A stretch of DNA of 64,000 nt, from assembly GCA_965660855.1 (NCBI GenBank), contig CBFIBM010000006.1, positions 32,001 to 96,000 on the forward strand. Direction: 5' to 3'. Origin of the DNA: an uncultured bacterium. GTDB taxonomy: Bacteria > Fidelibacterota > Marinisomatia > Marinisomatales > UBA1611. The notes below the pieces were generated by a model. The model had not been told where the DNA came from, did no database searches, and was given only the letters and a program-made list of their open reading frames with translations. Positions 20,011 through 28,011 of this stretch are shown here, one piece after another. How positions within the stretch are numbered: position 1 is the first letter of the stretch; every line of letters starts with the position of its first letter. The position numbers and the translations under genes are program-made.

Positions 20011-23000
20011 TTAATATTTATATATCATTCCATCGCGCTTTAATTTTGAGTATTTTAACCACTTTATTAAACTTGCTATTTTTTGAATCGTAATACTGAA
20101 CACTCCAAATGATTTCTCAACGACACCTCTTATAATAAATAATTTTTCCCAATTAAGAAGATCACCAAACTCTTTGAATACATCCGGAAACATAACACAT
20201 TCATATATCGCAGTTTCATCTTCTAAAGTTAAAAATTGCATAGGCTGATGATTCTTAGTAATAGATTCTTTACGAGTAATACATACTCCCATTAAATAAA
20301 TTGTTTTTCCAAAAAACTGAGGAATATCACTTGCATATTTTATACGATGACTAAGCATTTGTCTATAGATAGAAATTGGGTTTGTGGAAACAGAAAAGCC
20401 AAAAGAATCTAATTCTAATTTTAAAATATCTTCTTTTTTTATTTTAGTCTGAAAAGGGGATCCCGAAAAAATAATATTGTTATCATTTTGAAGATAATAA
20501 CCTGCAACTTTATAAGCAATTTCTTGATGAGACTTGTCAAATGCAATTTTATCAAAACAGCCCGAATTGGTAAGAAGAATTGCATCTGACAAGTCAAGGT
20601 CTGTACGAATCAAAAAATTCTCAAGAGATTCAAATTCCCCTGCTTTTCTTTCATCTAAAATGGTATTAATTGCTTTTATTTGAATGTTTTTTATACTCAT
20701 AAAACCCATTATAATTTTATCCTTATAGCCTCTCCATTCGTAATAACTTTTATTTATATCTGGTTTTATAATTTTAACTCCAAATCTCTTTGCTTCACTC
20801 ATATAAGCATAAGAAGAATAGTAACCACCTCTATTCGATATGACAGCTGCTAAAAATTCTGCAGGAAAATGAGCTTTAAGATATGCACACGTAAATGAAA
20901 GCATTGCATAAGAAGCAGAATGAGGTTTACAAAAAGAGTAACCTACAAAAGATTTAATCATTTCCCAAACTTCATTGATTACTCTTTCTGAATACCCTCT
21001 TTGAATAGAATTATTAGTAAATTTTTTTTTCCAATACTCTATAAGATGTTTCATGGATTCACGGCTCATTGTTTTTCGTAAACGTTCTGCTTCACTATAT
21101 TTCATTCCAGCCATTTTCATTACCGCTAACGAAACTTGCTCTTCATAGACCATAATACCATAACTCTCTCTTAAAAATTCTAAATCAGGATGAACTAAAT
21201 TCCATTTTTCACCACGTATCCTCGATAACATAATATTTGTAAATCGATTTGCAGCAGGTCTAATAATAGATGAATAAATAACTACATGTTCGAAATCAAC
21301 AGTTCTTGATTTTGATAATAATTGTCGAGTAGCAGGGCTCTCTATATAAAAAACACCTATTGTTTTTCCACTTTTCATCATTTCCATTGTTTTAAAGTCT
21401 CCTACTGGTTGAATAGAATGATAATCAAAATATTTATTTTTTAATTCCGATTCTTCATAATGCAAATTAACTTGCTTGATTGTATCTCGAACAACAGATA
21501 AACTTCTGTTTCCTAAAATATCAATCTTCAATAGACCTGAGTCTTCAACTTGATGTTTTTCCCATTCAACAATCTGTACACCTTTTGGGGCTTTAAGTAC
21601 TGGAACATATTTTTGAATTTCATCAGGTACAATTACTACTCCTCCAGGATGAACAGATGAATTTCTAAAGACGCCGATAATTTTCTCACTTTCTTGTAAA
21701 ATAGTAATCATTGTCTCATTTAAATCTAAATTTGAGAATTTTGAATTATTTTTAACCCATGATTCTAGATTTTTTCTAGAATGGTGCCAACCTATCCGCT
21801 TTGTTATATTATTTATTTCTTCATTAGAAATACCATACACCTTTCCAACTTCTCGAATGGCAGATTTAGACTTCAAAAATACTTGATTCGAGACCATTGC
21901 AGTTTTGTTATTCCCGTATTTTTTAAATATATAATCAAGTATTTTTTCTCTTTCATCCCATGGAAAGTCAATATCAATATCTGGCATGTCTTCTCTTTCT
22001 GAATGAATAAACCTTTCGAAGTGTAACGAATGTCTTATTGGATCAACTTGGGTAATAAAAAGACAATAACTTACAATTGATGCAGCAGCTGAACCTCGTC
22101 CGATAGTTGACTTTGTCTGTTTGATAATATCTTCTACAATTAAGAAATATGGAGAAAAACCTTTTTGATTAATTAGATTTAACTCATATTCAATTCTAGA
22201 GCATGTTATTTCATTTAAATCCCCATATCTCATTCTAGCACCATTATAGACCTTCTTTTTTAAAACTTTATTAGACCTGTATGTGTCTTTTAATGATAAA
22301 CCTGGGAAAATAGTATTCATAAATGACCAATCTGTCTTGCACCTTTCCGCTAAATAATAGCTATTATTTAAAGCATTCAGGCTATTTGGAAAAAGATGAA
22401 TCATTTGCTTCTCACTTCGAAACCAATGTTTTGATGTTTTGTATTGATCCTGTTTGAGGTTATGTTTTGTTGTATTATAATGAATCGCTCTTAATGTCAC
22501 ATGAGTACTGTGATCACTTTTTGATTTAAAATAAACATCACCTGTAACAATTATCTCTAACTTTAATTTCCTACTCAAATCATGTATTCTTTTTTCTTGT
22601 AAGCCAGGTCTTAACTCAATAAATAAATGACTATTAGGAACTATTTTTTTTAAAGAATTCAAGGTATTTTCGTTGTGTGATAAAAAAAATAATCCGAAAG
22701 ATCTATCTTTTACAATTTGATTAATTGGTTGGTTAGAGCTTCTATGCACATGAGAAATAATTCGGCAAAGATTTTCATACCCACTTTGATTCTCTACTAA
22801 AATAACTGCTTCATCTGAATCTGTAATTATATTTGATCCTGCAATTGGACTAATTTTTTTTTGATGAGCAATTTGTACAAAACGAATAAAACCCCATAGA
22901 CCATTTACATCCGTTAATGCTATTTTTTTCATTAGTGATGTTTTACATAGATTAATTAGACCATCTAAAGATAAAAGACCATTCATTTTTGAATAAATAG

Positions 23001-23025
23001 AATGAGTATTTAAATGAATAAAAAT
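20011..23025 (-). CDS. dnaE2: Error-prone DNA polymerase III alpha subunit (DnaE2/ImuC)
   Basis: PHP motifs (ALTD.N, TGDV.F), GRGSAAAS, PDIDIDF, KIDILG, Y.FCKPHSASYA, C-terminal OB fold (FLTLEDET). The first PHP motif FIHLNTHSIYS lies upstream of the first ATG (22986), so the start is placed at ATT 23025 (inference). Confidence 0.88.
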   Translation of the reverse strand: MFIHLNTHSIYSKMNGLLSLDGLINLCKTSLMKKIALTDVNGLWGFIRFVQIAHQKKISPIAGSNIITDSDEAVILVENQSGYENLCRIISHVHRSSNQPINQIVKDRSFGLFFLSHNENTLNSLKKIVPNSHLFIELRPGLQEKRIHDLSRKLKLEIIVTGDVYFKSKSDHSTHVTLRAIHYNTTKHNLKQDQYKTSKHWFRSEKQMIHLFPNSLNALNNSYYLAERCKTDWSFMNTIFPGLSLKDTYRSNKVLKKKVYNGARMRYGDLNEITCSRIEYELNLINQKGFSPYFLIVEDIIKQTKSTIGRGSAAASIVSYCLFITQVDPIRHSLHFERFIHSEREDMPDIDIDFPWDEREKILDYIFKKYGNNKTAMVSNQVFLKSKSAIREVGKVYGISNEEINNITKRIGWHHSRKNLESWVKNNSKFSNLDLNETMITILQESEKIIGVFRNSSVHPGGVVIVPDEIQKYVPVLKAPKGVQIVEWEKHQVEDSGLLKIDILGNRSLSVVRDTIKQVNLHYEESELKNKYFDYHSIQPVGDFKTMEMMKSGKTIGVFYIESPATRQLLSKSRTVDFEHVVIYSSIIRPAANRFTNIMLSRIRGEKWNLVHPDLEFLRESYGIMVYEEQVSLAVMKMAGMKYSEAERLRKTMSRESMKHLIEYWKKKFTNNSIQRGYSERVINEVWEMIKSFVGYSFCKPHSASYAMLSFTCAYLKAHFPAEFLAAVISNRGGYYSSYAYMSEAKRFGVKIIKPDINKSYYEWRGYKDKIIMGFMSIKNIQIKAINTILDERKAGEFESLENFLIRTDLDLSDAILLTNSGCFDKIAFDKSHQEIAYKVAGYYLQNDNNIIFSGSPFQTKIKKEDILKLELDSFGFSVSTNPISIYRQMLSHRIKYASDIPQFFGKTIYLMGVCITRKESITKNHQPMQFLTLEDETAIYECVMFPDVFKEFGDLLNWEKLFIIRGVVEKSFGVFSITIQKIASLIKWLKYSKLKRDGMIYKY

Positions 23026-24197
23026 TATATTTTTCCTAATGCTTGAAAAATATTTGCAGTTTGAATAGAATCGACTCCATACTTTAGGCGTATTATCTCA
23101 ACAGCCTTAGATAATCCCATATTCTTACCACCTCTTGTTTGAAATATTGTTATTTGTTGATTATAGAGCGAAAAATGACTGACTTGTATTAGAATTGCTC
23201 GAATACGATTTCTTCTTTTATTTGCTTGTTGAAACAATATATAACAATTTTGAAAAACAGAAAAATCATCTAAGTCAATTATCTTACCAATCTTTTTACT
23301 TAAATAACCATCACTATAGTGTATTTCAACTTTACATTTATTCGCAATTTTCCATATTTTTCTTAATTCAAATGCAATTTGTTCTGCTAAATCTTTAACA
23401 AGCCCTTTTAAGATATCATTGTTATTTGTGTCTTCTGGTAAAATAGTCTGCCTAAGAATACTTTCTTGTTTTTGAATAGGTCTAACTGGACAATAATCTT
23501 TACCATGAGACTCTTTTTCAAGCTGTTTAGAATGAATTCCAAATAATATTTGGAATTCATTTCTATAACGGATCATTGATTGAATATTTTTTATTTTTTT
23601 TATAAGTAAAAATTGAATAATTCGGTTTACCTTTTCTTCTGATAGAATGGGTAATACAGTTGGATCTAAGTTTGAAAAAAATTCAGCTTCACCCCCACTT
23701 TTTACTTCATGTATCTTATCTAAAACCACAGAAGTAATTGTTCGACTTACAAGCTTATTTTGACTTATCCCAACTTGTCCAAATATATTTGATTTCTCTT
23801 TTATTGCTTTTAAAACAGAGGAAGCATTATTTTGGATATTGCCTTTTAAGTAACGCATACCATTCATATCTAAAAAAAATTCACCCATATTATTGGGCTC
23901 TACTATAGGTGTAAAAGAAGAAACTATTTTATATATGTAATGATTTATTTTTGTATATAGTGATTTATTGTAGGGTAACAATCTTACACCATGACTTACT
24001 CTTCGTATTGTAGATAACTTCATACCTTTTAATAAACCTTCTTCTTCTGCTTCAGGTGAAAGAGAAATAATAGTACCATTCGGACAATGTGAAGAAAGAA
24101 TCGCAACAGGACGTTTTTTTAAGGAAGGATCTATAATTTGCTCTGCCTGAAGCTCTATACCTTTAAGACGTATATGAAAAACGTCTTTTACTTTCAT
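23025..24197 (-). CDS. imuB: Y-family polymerase-like accessory protein, ImuB-type, probably catalytically inactive
   Basis: DinB-like fold (P.L..RPVAI, GM.L, TP.VE, GIS.NKLVS) with the catalytic acidic motifs replaced (HIRLKG for HxDMD; NMGEFFLD for SIDE); clamp-binding-like QITIF; lies between lexA and dnaE2. Confidence 0.78.
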   Translation of the reverse strand: MKVKDVFHIRLKGIELQAEQIIDPSLKKRPVAILSSHCPNGTIISLSPEAEEEGLLKGMKLSTIRRVSHGVRLLPYNKSLYTKINHYIYKIVSSFTPIVEPNNMGEFFLDMNGMRYLKGNIQNNASSVLKAIKEKSNIFGQVGISQNKLVSRTITSVVLDKIHEVKSGGEAEFFSNLDPTVLPILSEEKVNRIIQFLLIKKIKNIQSMIRYRNEFQILFGIHSKQLEKESHGKDYCPVRPIQKQESILRQTILPEDTNNNDILKGLVKDLAEQIAFELRKIWKIANKCKVEIHYSDGYLSKKIGKIIDLDDFSVFQNCYILFQQANKRRNRIRAILIQVSHFSLYNQQITIFQTRGGKNMGLSKAVEIIRLKYGVDSIQTANIFQALGKI

Positions 24198-24208
24198 TGA
24201 TGTTTTAC

Positions 24209-24829
24209 CTAATTCAAATAGTTTCTAAAAGAATAAAGGAGAACACCATTAATACGAAAATCATCTGTACTATCAATTTTGATAATTGGAAATTTTGGAT
24301 TTCTAGGATGAAGCTCTACTCCATTACTATTTGGAACATAACATTTTAATGTTGCTTCTCCATTAATTAAAGCAACAATAATTTGTCCAGAACGAGCAAT
24401 ATTTGTTTTTTTTGCAACAATAAAATCACCATCATGAATATGCTCTTCTATCATTGAGTCACCTTTAACCTGTAAAACATAATGATCTGGATGTAATAAT
24501 GAGGGTGGTACATCTATCATTTCAGAGTTTTCTAAAGCTTCAATAGGTTCGCCTGCAGCAATCAAGCCCAATAATGGCAAACGAGCTTTTGTAGTTGTAT
24601 GATTTTCATTCTGGTTAAGAATGAGTGCTCGTTTACCATTTGGTCCTTTTATACGTGATAGATAACCCTTTTCTTCTAGGGTCTTTACATACCAATTTAC
24701 TGTCCCTAATGATCCGAACCCTAAAGTTGCCATAATTTCTTCATAAGATGGAGATTGACCATTCATTAAAGTGAATCGTTGAATAAAGTTTAAAAACTTT
24801 TCCAATTTTGGAGACAGCATCTTATTCAT
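24209..24829 (-). CDS. lexA: SOS repressor LexA
   Basis: Winged helix (PSYEEI...LGF.S..TV......LEEKGYL), AAG.P cleavage site, catalytic Ser in VKGDSM and Lys in EATLK. Likely start MNKMLSPK at 24829. Confidence 0.92.
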   Translation of the reverse strand: MNKMLSPKLEKFLNFIQRFTLMNGQSPSYEEIMATLGFGSLGTVNWYVKTLEEKGYLSRIKGPNGKRALILNQNENHTTTKARLPLLGLIAAGEPIEALENSEMIDVPPSLLHPDHYVLQVKGDSMIEEHIHDGDFIVAKKTNIARSGQIIVALINGEATLKCYVPNSNGVELHPRNPKFPIIKIDSTDDFRINGVLLYSFRNYLN

Positions 24830-24978
24830 GAGGTAATAGATAAGTTTATAATTGCTTTTCCATCCCAAACAACAGATTGTGGATATATATTTTTTTTATG
24901 GCTATTTAAACGTGATACAGCACGTAGCACTTCAAAGGATGGTTTCTTTTTATCTTTTCTTTTTTTCAAATATTTCAT
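24826..24978 (-). CDS. Small basic 50-aa protein, first gene of the lexA operon
   Basis: MKYLKKRKDKKKPSFEVLRAVSRLNSHKKNIYPQSVVWDGKAIINLSITS*. AAGAG upstream; its TGA overlaps the lexA ATG (ATGA). Below the ORF-track length cut-off. Confidence 0.5.
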   Translation of the reverse strand: MKYLKKRKDKKKPSFEVLRAVSRLNSHKKNIYPQSVVWDGKAIINLSITS

Positions 24979-25000
24979 AATAATAATCTCTTTTTTAAAT

Positions 25001-25022
25001 TTACTCGTAAGTTACTCGTAAG
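25001..25022. promoter_or_regulatory. Candidate LexA operator: tandem TTACTCGTAAG x2 (each TTAC-N2-GTAA)
   Basis: Exact 11-bp direct repeat of an inverted-repeat unit, between the putative -10 and the first start codon of the lexA operon. Confidence 0.6.
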
Positions 25023-25023
25023 T

Positions 25024-25051
25024 ATTATACAAAAAATTTTCTTTATGTCCA
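25024..25051 (-). promoter_or_regulatory. Putative sigma70-type promoter of the lexA operon
   Basis: Minus strand TGGACA-N16-TATAAT immediately upstream of the tandem repeat. Confidence 0.45.
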
Positions 25052-25082
25052 AATAAAAAGCCCCGTTTGGGGCTTTTTATTT
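25051..25082. terminator. Rho-independent terminator downstream of PAS-menA
   Basis: AAATAAAAAGCCCC-GTTT-GGGGCTTTTTATTT: perfect 14-bp stem with T-rich tails on both strands. Confidence 0.88.
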
Positions 25083-25107
25083 GATTTTATAGTTATTATA
25101 TCGTTAT

Positions 25108-26385
25108 TTAAACAGGAGCAATCCAAAGTCCAATAAACAACAATAAACCTGTTACAGTATGCATTATGATTGTACCCCAATTTGCTGGTTCTAGTAACCT
25201 ACTATTATAGTGCTTATATAAAGTTTGGATAGCCCTAAAACCAAAATATGCTGCTAAAAGAGATATCAAAGTTTCTTGAGGTAGTTTTTCACTTAAAACA
25301 AGTGCTATAATACTTAAAAATGCCCCGACTACTAAAGAAACATAGCCGGCTCTTGCTTTTTCTGGACCAAAAACTACGATTAATGTATTTTTACCAGATT
25401 GTTTATCACTATCGTGGTCTGGAAATTCATTAACATAAACTACCGCAGCTATTAATAAACCTATTGGTATTCCAATTAAAAAAGCTTCTGGTAAAAGAAT
25501 TCCAGTTTGTACTAAAGCACTTCCAGCAACCATTAAAGGACCAAAATTTAACCCTATTAATAACTCTCCTAGACCTTTTCTTGATGAAAACTTGAATGGT
25601 GGAGCAGTATAAAAAAGCCCAGAAAGGAAGCCTATTAAACCTAACCAAAGTATTGAATAACCTGCTTTTACAATTAGAGGAATACCAGCTAAAGCACTCA
25701 AAGCAAATGTTACAATAGCTAACTTCAACATACCTTCTGGAGAAATAAGTCCCATCTGAATACCTCTTCCCCCTCCATTGAGGCCTTTATTGCTATAATT
25801 ATAATTTATTTCATCCGTACCACTTATGTGATCAAAATAATCATTTGAGGTATTTGTCCCAATTTGTAATAAAGATCCTCCCAGAGCTGTAAGTGCTAGC
25901 CAACCCCACTGTATAGGGTAACCTGCAAATTTTGCAATAGCTGCTCCAACAAAAATAGGAACTAAAGTTGCAGATAAAAAGGGTAACCTCATGATAACAA
26001 CCCAAGAAAATATTTTAGTCATTAAATCAATTTTAGGACGAACTTCATCTGCTGTTTTATCTTTTAATGGAGTAGTAACACCACAGTAACCGATATGCTC
26101 TCCGTCTTTTGACTTCGTTGGAGTTATTTTAATACGAGAAGGTAACTCAGAACCATCTTTATGCAAGAAAACAGTGTCTCCTTCCCAGGCACCTTTTTCA
26201 ACAGCCTCAGCTAACCAGCCTACTACATGACCAAGTACTATTTGACCATCACTGAAATCACTCACTCTCATTTTACCAACGACTTCTTCTTCACTATAAC
26301 CAAATAGTTCAACTGCTCCTTGGCTGAATGTTTCGACTTTACCATCAACATCACATGTTATAACACTTTTTAAATTATCATTCAT
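25108..26385 (-). CDS. menA: PAS domain fused to a MenA-like 1,4-dihydroxy-2-naphthoate prenyltransferase (UbiA family)
   Basis: N-terminal PAS (VITCD.DG.V..F..GA..LFGYSEEEVVG...WEG.....HKDG...P...ITP); C-terminal R..FLSA...P, NDYFD...GTD, Y..PP...GLGE, NEFPD..SD...GKNTL.V. Confidence 0.85.
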   Translation of the reverse strand: MNDNLKSVITCDVDGKVETFSQGAVELFGYSEEEVVGKMRVSDFSDGQIVLGHVVGWLAEAVEKGAWEGDTVFLHKDGSELPSRIKITPTKSKDGEHIGYCGVTTPLKDKTADEVRPKIDLMTKIFSWVVIMRLPFLSATLVPIFVGAAIAKFAGYPIQWGWLALTALGGSLLQIGTNTSNDYFDHISGTDEINYNYSNKGLNGGGRGIQMGLISPEGMLKLAIVTFALSALAGIPLIVKAGYSILWLGLIGFLSGLFYTAPPFKFSSRKGLGELLIGLNFGPLMVAGSALVQTGILLPEAFLIGIPIGLLIAAVVYVNEFPDHDSDKQSGKNTLIVVFGPEKARAGYVSLVVGAFLSIIALVLSEKLPQETLISLLAAYFGFRAIQTLYKHYNSRLLEPANWGTIIMHTVTGLLLFIGLWIAPV

Positions 26386-26458
26386 AGCTAATAATACCTT
26401 TTTATATAAATTAATGTTTAAAATTTACAATAGTAATTAAAGCGGTGAAAAACGAAAA

Positions 26459-27232
26459 TTAGATTGGGTAAAATATAGGCCTACTTGGAGCCACATCTAA
26501 ATTCCAGTTAGGAATTTGAATTTGTAAAAAACCAAAAGAGTCTTCAATTGAATTATCAATATATAATAACTCAGATATAGTTTTACCTTTTTTAAAAAAT
26601 CTATGGTGATTACCTAATAATCCATTATCATCAGCTTTATCAATAGATGGTATATCCACTAATAGATGTTGAATTGAAAGGTCTTTTATATATTCAATAG
26701 CTTCTGAAGTAAAAAAAGGTGCGGGAGATTCATCATAGTTTCTACTAAGCTTGAAATCAGAGTTTGGTAATGTTCTAATGATCAAAGAATCTATAGTATT
26801 TTTTACTTTTTCTTTAATCGACTCTTTTGTAATTACTAAATCCGAAACAGTATGAGCGTGATAAGTATCGCTAGTATCTGAAATATCTTTTGGATCTACC
26901 GTTATTAATCTAGATGGGATAAATCCTCTAGGGCAAAAATCTACTATTTTTTCTTCGATGTCAATTATGTGTCCTGCGCATTCTGTATGGGTCCCGGTAC
27001 AATGAATATCTATGGTGGCAATATTTACATTACAACTTCCCCCTCTACTAATATCTCCAATAAAATTATCAGATTGAACGATTTTAAGACTTGGTTGATC
27101 TGAATAAAAAAAAGTTGGGTTTTTATTATCAAAACTATTTTTTATAGATAAATCCAGTCCTTGGGATTCTTCAATAATATATGTTTTACCATTATAATAT
27201 ATTGATGTGGAAATTTTAGGCTTATTTTTCAT
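26459..27232 (-). CDS. Cyclase-family metal-dependent hydrolase (kynurenine formamidase-like)
   Basis: H.TGTHTEC.GH, LIIRT, HLLVD.PSIDK..D.G.L.NH..F, ISEL, APSRP. Confidence 0.8.
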   Translation of the reverse strand: MKNKPKISTSIYYNGKTYIIEESQGLDLSIKNSFDNKNPTFFYSDQPSLKIVQSDNFIGDISRGGSCNVNIATIDIHCTGTHTECAGHIIDIEEKIVDFCPRGFIPSRLITVDPKDISDTSDTYHAHTVSDLVITKESIKEKVKNTIDSLIIRTLPNSDFKLSRNYDESPAPFFTSEAIEYIKDLSIQHLLVDIPSIDKADDNGLLGNHHRFFKKGKTISELLYIDNSIEDSFGFLQIQIPNWNLDVAPSRPIFYPI

Positions 27233-27446
27233 TAATTAAGTCAATTATTTCCCCTTTACTTGGGAATCGTTTTAATATTTTTTTTGAAAATATTAACTTA
27301 TCATTAAAATAAACATCAAATATTCCACCACTACCTTCAATTAAGGTAACATCAATATTATCATATCTAGATATTAATTCACCTTCCAAACTGGAAGCAT
27401 TTGGTAAATAATTTCACATACCACAATATTTTATAGAAACTTTCAT
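27222..27446 (-). CDS. SelW/Rdx-family selenoprotein (CxxU), 74 aa
   Basis: MKVSIKYCGM-U(TGA 27414-27416)-NYLPNASSLEGELISRYDNIDVTLIEGSGGIFDVYFNDKLIFSKKILKRFPSKGEIIDLINEK*. RBS AAGGAG; Rdx motifs GSGG.F.V, IFSK, RFP...EI all lie after the TGA. Confidence 0.92.
27383..27397 (-). promoter_or_regulatory. Candidate bacterial SECIS hairpin of the Rdx gene
   Basis: mRNA CUUCCA-GUU-UGGAAG stem-loop starting 16 nt after the UGA, with G at the first loop position and further UUACC/GGUGA pairing possible below. Confidence 0.6.
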
Positions 27447-27448
27447 GC

Positions 27449-27946
27449 TTACTCCTTTATCATTTGCCCAAAAAATTTCAAAATATCTCGAGCATGAGAA
27501 TACAAATTTACATCATCAAAAACATGAACCAAAAACCCTTCTTCATCAATTAAAAAGGTCATTCTAGAAGGGAAGAAATAATATTTATTTGCACCATAAG
27601 CCGATCCAACCTTTTTATTTATATCTGATAAAAAATTAAAAGGTAAGTTATATTTTTCTTTAAACTTTTTAAGAACTTTTTTTGAGTCATAACTAATACC
27701 TAATATTTCAATTTGAGAATTTTCAAAACTTTGGAATTCATCACGGAATCCACATGCCTGTTTAATTCAACCAGGTGTTTCAGCTTTAGGGAAAAAATAA
27801 ATCACAAGTTTTTTACCCCTATAATCTTCCAATTTATGTATTCGATTATTTTGATCATATAATTCGAATTTAGGAACAAGCTCACCAATCTTAAGCGAAG
27901 TACTAAATAAAAAGGTATTAATTAAAGATATCACTAGAAATCTCAT
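27449..27946 (-). CDS. bcp: BCP/PrxQ peroxiredoxin selenoprotein (PxxxTxxU), 165 aa
   Basis: MRFLVISLINTFLFSTSLKIGELVPKFELYDQNNRIHKLEDYRGKKLVIYFFPKAETPG-U(TGA 27767-27769)-IKQACGFRDEF...ILGISYD...F..KYNLPFNFLSD....VGSAYGA...SRMTFLIDEEG...*. The TGA sits exactly at the peroxidatic Cys position. Not in the ORF track. Confidence 0.93.
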
Positions 27947-28011
27947 GATTTTTAATAATTATATGACATAAACTAAAATTCTATATTATGTTAAGGTATT
28001 AAATTTATACT

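Noticed and set aside
20270..20279. Perfect TTACGAGTAA match to the candidate LexA box
   Set aside because: It is inside dnaE2 coding sequence, about 300 bp from the next start, and a single chance hit is plausible in AT-rich DNA.
27222..27946. Reading the two TGA-interrupted genes as pseudogenes, or as genetic code 4/25
   Set aside because: Both TGAs fall exactly on catalytic Cys positions with otherwise intact frames. TGA is a normal stop elsewhere (7775, 41150, 44991) and Trp is encoded by TGG.
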